Assembly: GCA_036387255.1 (NCBI GenBank)
Contig: DASVUC010000183.1
Coordinates: 10,973 to 74,972 of the forward strand
Source of the DNA: Tepidisphaeraceae bacterium
GTDB taxonomy: Bacteria; Planctomycetota; Phycisphaerae; Tepidisphaerales; Tepidisphaeraceae
Length of the DNA: 64,000 nt
Reading direction: 5' to 3'
A program made the position numbers and the translations under genes. How positions within the stretch are numbered: the stretch's first letter is position 1; each line of letters opens with the position of its first letter. Positions 59,977-64,000 of the stretch are shown in pieces. Below the pieces are notes generated by a model, which made no database searches, was not told the DNA's origin, and was given only the letters and a program-made list of their open reading frames with translations.

Positions 59977-62790
59977 ATGCCAACCGAAGCGCCACCACAG
60001 ATTGTTTTCGGCCCTTTTTGCCTCGACCGCGCTAACGCGCGCCTCCTCTACGACGGCAAAACCATCAGTCTCACCCCCAAGGCCTTCGACGTTCTCCACC
60101 ACCTCGCCAGCCGCCCCGACCAGCTCGTCACCAAGAACGATTTGCTCGACGCCATCTGGCCTGATGTCGTCGTCTCTGATGCTTCCATCAAAGTATGCGT
60201 TCGCGAAATTCGCCAGGCGCTCGCGGACGACATCAAGTCGCCGAAGTACATCCAAACCGTCCACCGCCGCGGATACCGCTTCATCGCAAGCACCCCTGCC
60301 ACCGCGACGACGACACCCGCCCCCACCACACCATCACCTGACCAAGCGCCGCCCCCCGAGACAACCCCCGCCGCTCCTCTCGTCGGCCGTGAGCGCGAGC
60401 TCCGCAAACTTCACGACGCGCTTAACCGCGCCTCCCACAACCACCGCCAGTGCGTCTTTATCACCGGTCCCGCCGGCAGCGGAAAAACCTCCCTCGCCCA
60501 GACCTTTGCCCAATCCGCCCCCACGGCGTTTCGCGCCAAGCGCCCGATCGTCCTCGTCGGTCACTGCTTCGAGCAATTCGGAACCAGCGAACCGTACCTC
60601 CCTGTCTGGGAAGCCCTCGGCCGCGCCGCGCGCGGCTCACACCTCCGCGACATTAACTCTCTTCTCGCCTCCCAAACCGCCGCCCACGCCAACCTCGCCC
60701 CGGCAACCGCCCTCCCCTCCCACACCGGCGCCGGTGACAGCGATGATCCCGATGATCAGCCCCAAGCCTCTCATCGCATGCTCAGCGACGTCGCCGATCG
60801 TCTCGAAGCCATGGCCTGCCACGCCCCCGTCATCCTCATCCTTGAAGACATTCACTGGGCCGACTACTCAACGCTCGATCTCATCTCGGCCCTCGCCCGC
60901 CGCCGCACGCCCGCGCAGCTCATGATCGTCGCCTCCTACCGCAGCGATGAAGTCACCGCCGAAGATCATCCGCTTCGCTCGATCGCCCAGAACCTTATCA
61001 CCTCGGGCTCCGCAACCGTGGTACCTCTCGAACACTTTGACGAGCCGCAGGTCGAGCAATACCTCTCGCTGCGCCTCGGGAACCACCGCCTGCCGCGCCA
61101 CTTCGCGCAGCGCCTCCGCCAGCGCACTGGCGGACACCCGCTGTTTCTCGTCCACCTCGTCAGCGACTTGATCGAGCAAGGCGTCATCGTCGAGTGCGAC
61201 GGTGTCTGGCAACTCAGCGCCGACGAAGATGGCGCCGCCGGCTGGCTTGCCGTCCTCGAAACCCAGGTCCCTAGCGATGTTCGCCAGATGATCGAGGCGC
61301 AGCTCGACCGCCTCACCCAGGATCAGCAGCGCGTGCTCGAAGCCGCCAGCGTCGCAGGCACCGAATTCTCAGCCGCCGCACCCGCCGCCGCCATCGCGAA
61401 AGACATTGTCCATGTCGAACAAGCCTGCAACGACCTCGCCCGCCGGCACCACTTCCTTGAAGCGCATGGCATCGACGAATGGCCCGACGGCACCGTCGCC
61501 ACCCACTACCGTTTCGTCCATGATCTTTACCACAACGTCGTCTACGAGCGCCTCACCGTCGCCCACCGCGCCCGCCTGCACCAAACGCTCGGCCTGCGCC
61601 TCGAACAAGCCTGGGGCGATCGCGTCGCCGAAGAAGCCGCCAGCCTTTCGTTTCATTTCGAAGAAGGTCGTGATTGGCCCCGCGCTGTTGTTCATCTTCG
61701 CCAGGCCGCCCACGCCGCCACGCGACAGTACGCCCACCGCGAGGCGCTCCATTACCTCCGCCGCGCCCACACCGCCTGTCAGAGGCTTACCGAAGATCAG
61801 CGCGCGCAGCATGAGCTTCCCCTCCTCCTCGCCCTCGGCGTCAACCTCCAGGTTGTCCACGGCTGCGCCACCCCCGAAGTTGAAGCCGTCTACGCCCGCG
61901 CCGCGGCCCTCTGCAAGCGCTCCGGCGAAAGCGAAGCCACCTTCTTCGTCCTCTGGGGAATCTGGGTCTTTCACAAAGTCCGCTCCGATCTGGTCAAAGC
62001 CGAGGAGCTCGCGCGACGCCTGCTCGAGATGGCCCGCGCCTCCGGCAACACCGCATTGCTCCTCCAGGCGCATCAGGCCATGTGCGTCACCGCCCTCTGC
62101 CTCGGCAACTTCGCCCTCACCGTCGACCACATGACTCAGGCCGCCGCCATCTACGACCCCCACCGCCACCCCAGCAACACGCCGCGTTACGGCCAGGATC
62201 CTGGCGTTGCCTGCTTCGCCTTCGGTGCCGTTGCTCTCCAACTGCTGAACCGCGGTACCGAAGCCCTCGCAGCGAGCGAACGCGCCTTGAATCATGCCAG
62301 ATCACTCAACCAGCCCACCACCCTCGCTCTCGCCATGCACTTTTCCGCGATGATGCACCAATGCCGCGGCAACGCCCCCGCCACCGAAAAACTCGCCGAA
62401 GACTGCATGCAGCTCTCCCACAAGGAGGGCTTCTCCTTCTGGCTCGCCGGCTCGCGCATCCTTCGCGGCTGGGCGTGGGCCGCCCGCGGCGGCGCCGAAG
62501 CCGGTATCGCCGAGATCCGCCGCGGCATCGACGCCTGGCTCGCCACCGGCAGCCGGACCTACATCACCTACTTCCGCGGTCTCCTTGCCGAGTCCCTTCT
62601 CCGCATCCACCAGCAATCCCAAGCGCTGACGGAACTCGACCAAGCGCTACACGAAGCGCAAACGCTCCCCGAGCATCTGTACGACAACCACCTGATCCAC
62701 CTGCGCCAATGCTGCGATAAAAGAAAATCCATTACCCCCACATCCCCAAAGACACGGAAAGGCCGAGGTGGGATTCGAACCCACGGATAA
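59977..62790 (+). CDS. STAND-type regulator: OmpR/PhoB-type winged-helix DNA-binding domain, P-loop NTPase (AAA_16-like) and TPR-like C-terminal repeats
   Basis: The N-terminus has LTPKAFDVLHHLASRPDQLVTKNDLLDAIWPD...IQTVHRRGYRF (trans_reg_C), followed by a Pro/Thr linker and Walker A FITGPAGSGKTSLAQ. A Walker B-like ILILEDIHWAD and a long helical-repeat C-terminus follow. The last 31 nt overlap tRNA-Cys on the opposite strand. Confidence 0.8.
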   Translation: MPTEAPPQIVFGPFCLDRANARLLYDGKTISLTPKAFDVLHHLASRPDQLVTKNDLLDAIWPDVVVSDASIKVCVREIRQALADDIKSPKYIQTVHRRGYRFIASTPATATTTPAPTTPSPDQAPPPETTPAAPLVGRERELRKLHDALNRASHNHRQCVFITGPAGSGKTSLAQTFAQSAPTAFRAKRPIVLVGHCFEQFGTSEPYLPVWEALGRAARGSHLRDINSLLASQTAAHANLAPATALPSHTGAGDSDDPDDQPQASHRMLSDVADRLEAMACHAPVILILEDIHWADYSTLDLISALARRRTPAQLMIVASYRSDEVTAEDHPLRSIAQNLITSGSATVVPLEHFDEPQVEQYLSLRLGNHRLPRHFAQRLRQRTGGHPLFLVHLVSDLIEQGVIVECDGVWQLSADEDGAAGWLAVLETQVPSDVRQMIEAQLDRLTQDQQRVLEAASVAGTEFSAAAPAAAIAKDIVHVEQACNDLARRHHFLEAHGIDEWPDGTVATHYRFVHDLYHNVVYERLTVAHRARLHQTLGLRLEQAWGDRVAEEAASLSFHFEEGRDWPRAVVHLRQAAHAATRQYAHREALHYLRRAHTACQRLTEDQRAQHELPLLLALGVNLQVVHGCATPEVEAVYARAAALCKRSGESEATFFVLWGIWVFHKVRSDLVKAEELARRLLEMARASGNTALLLQAHQAMCVTALCLGNFALTVDHMTQAAAIYDPHRHPSNTPRYGQDPGVACFAFGAVALQLLNRGTEALAASERALNHARSLNQPTTLALAMHFSAMMHQCRGNAPATEKLAEDCMQLSHKEGFSFWLAGSRILRGWAWAARGGAEAGIAEIRRGIDAWLATGSRTYITYFRGLLAESLLRIHQQSQALTELDQALHEAQTLPEHLYDNHLIHLRQCCDKRKSITPTSPKTRKGRGGIRTHG

Positions 62791-62833
62791 CGGATTTGCA
62801 ATCCGTCCCCTTAGTCCACTTGGGTACTCGGCC
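62760..62833 (-). tRNA. tRNA-Cys (anticodon GCA)
   Basis: Folded by hand. Acceptor stem GGCCGAG/CTCGGCC. Anticodon stem ACGGA/TCCGT with loop TTGCAAA. T-arm GTGGG-TTCGAAT-CCCAC. Discriminator U, as expected for Cys. No CCA is encoded. Confidence 0.9.
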
Positions 62834-63977
62834 GGGTTTTTGCAACAATATCGCTGGTTGTGTGACCGATCAAGTAAGACGATGCCGAGTCGTGTCGGGT
62901 TGTGCCAAATGCCTGCTTTTTGAGGGCGATTTCGCACTGTGGGAGAGTCAGGTCGATTGTGCCATCTCGTGAAGGGACGTGCTGGTTCGGGATAGCGCCG
63001 TGTACTGCTAATGTACTGCGCGCGGGGGTCGCAACGGTGGTTTCGCTAGCCGGGATTGGCGAGGGATTCTGACCCCAATCGAGCGGCGAACGGAGCCGCT
63101 TCAGAGCGGCCAGCATCTCTTCCAGTTCTGCATGCTGATAGCCATCGGTGACATCTTCCTTCGCGTGGCGCATGAGCTTCTTCCGCGTCGCCCGCGAGCA
63201 TTCCAGCCGCGTCCCGAAAGTATGCCGGAGCCCATGCAGATCGAGGCGGCGACCTTTCGCATCAGTCATCTCCACGCCCACCTTCTTCAGATCGCGCTCT
63301 AGGGTCTCCACGTCCGGGACATGATCGAAAACTCTGTTCCCCGACATGGTGGCGAGCCGCTGTCGCAGCAACGGGATGACGTACGGGTGGAGCGGAATGT
63401 AATCCCCCTCGTCCGTATCGGCCTGCTTGTACGGGATGAACACAAAAGGAATGGCGGTGTCCAGGTGAAGTTGGTCCGTTTCAAGGTTCTTCATTTCATT
63501 GCGCCGAAAGCTGTTGAGCGCTGCCAGTGCATACGCCAAGCGTCGTTGCTCCGGCAGGTTCTGGCTGAACAACCGACGGAGTTCCTGTTCTGAACCAGCG
63601 CGACGGGCACGACGACGCTTCGCCCCCTTCTCGCTGATCCGGCGCAGCTTCTTGAGCGGGTTTGCATGCCCTTCCGGCAGCAGACGGTTCACGAACGCTT
63701 TGATACGCGAGACATACTTGTTCCGATAGCTCACAGTCGCCCCATCTTCTTCCAACATCCTAAGAACCGCTTCAACGTTGCTGGTGGTCACGTCGCTGAA
63801 CCGAGACCAACTCCCTCTCTTGATCATATCCTGCAACATCCACCGGGCGATGCGAATGTGTTCCGGATCATTGCCCGCCACGCGCATTTTTTCGGTGTAG
63901 AAGTCCACGAGGTTCGGCAGAGGAAGTTTCAGGCGCTCAGTATCGTCACTGATCGCGCCACAATCACGCGCCTCCAT
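62811..63977 (-). CDS. Tyrosine recombinase / phage-type integrase; the N-terminus may continue beyond the window edge
   Basis: Motifs: SFRRNEMKNL (box I Arg), LHGLRHTFGTRL (HxxR), LMRHAKEDVTDGYQH (His...Tyr). About 110 aa of tail follow the catalytic Tyr, and the last 23 nt overlap the tRNA. The frame stays open upstream of ATG 63977 to base 64000. Confidence 0.75.
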   Translation of the reverse strand: MEARDCGAISDDTERLKLPLPNLVDFYTEKMRVAGNDPEHIRIARWMLQDMIKRGSWSRFSDVTTSNVEAVLRMLEEDGATVSYRNKYVSRIKAFVNRLLPEGHANPLKKLRRISEKGAKRRRARRAGSEQELRRLFSQNLPEQRRLAYALAALNSFRRNEMKNLETDQLHLDTAIPFVFIPYKQADTDEGDYIPLHPYVIPLLRQRLATMSGNRVFDHVPDVETLERDLKKVGVEMTDAKGRRLDLHGLRHTFGTRLECSRATRKKLMRHAKEDVTDGYQHAELEEMLAALKRLRSPLDWGQNPSPIPASETTVATPARSTLAVHGAIPNQHVPSRDGTIDLTLPQCEIALKKQAFGTTRHDSASSYLIGHTTSDIVAKTRPSTQVD

Positions 63978-64000
63978 CTCCTTCTGGAACTCCTGCCATT
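62834..64000. mobile_element. Probable edge of an integrative element or remnant (integrase, lower GC), truncated by the window
   Basis: An integrase lies adjacent to a tRNA, and the composition is visibly less GC-rich than the preceding 60 kb. No att repeat could be identified inside the window. Confidence 0.35.
62845..62873 (-). promoter_or_regulatory. Candidate sigma70-type promoter for tRNA-Cys
   Basis: On the minus strand: TTGATC (62873..62868), a 17-nt spacer, TATTGT (62850..62845), then 11 nt to the tRNA 5' end. Confidence 0.4.

Overview
High-GC, gene-dense window: about 60 CDS, mostly on the minus strand, and one tRNA. I infer a PVC-superphylum genome, most likely Planctomycetota. 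The grounds are a PVC-type CxxCH heme protein, a DUF1559/H-X9-DG-like pseudopilin domain, N-terminal LE-x-R-x-L-[LF]-A boxes and PEP-CTERM tails.

Content is mostly scattered housekeeping genes: larC, glpX, an M3 oligoendopeptidase, rpiA, nuoI, ilvA, rnr, acpS, mnmE, lpdA, a PMM/PGM and lutA. These are interleaved with lineage-specific exported or hypothetical proteins. tRNA-Cys(GCA) sits at 62760..62833, next to a tyrosine integrase in a visibly lower-GC stretch at the right edge. I saw no rRNA, CRISPR array, transposase or recognisable known defence system.

I did not find a complete, convincing novel multi-gene system. The best leads are:
- a sugar-type ABC importer whose binding protein is fused to the MalF-like permease, with a giant-loop MalG-like partner and no ATPase (51880..56191);
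- the tRNA-Cys/integrase junction with both flanking ORFs running into the tRNA;
- two tandem Tat-signal aldo/keto reductases next to an orphan larC;
- three unknown genes SD-coupled downstream of ilvA;
- a low-GC stand-alone GIY-YIG/DUF4357 nuclease gene;
- tandem small exported paralogs;
- a dispersed ~38-nt palindromic repeat that bleeds into ORF ends;
- an RTX-like protein built from three ~200-aa tandem modules.

Several start codons were moved from the longest-ORF track on the basis of SD sequences; the track's first M is sometimes TTG or GTG. All functional calls come from motif recognition by eye, and no searches were run.
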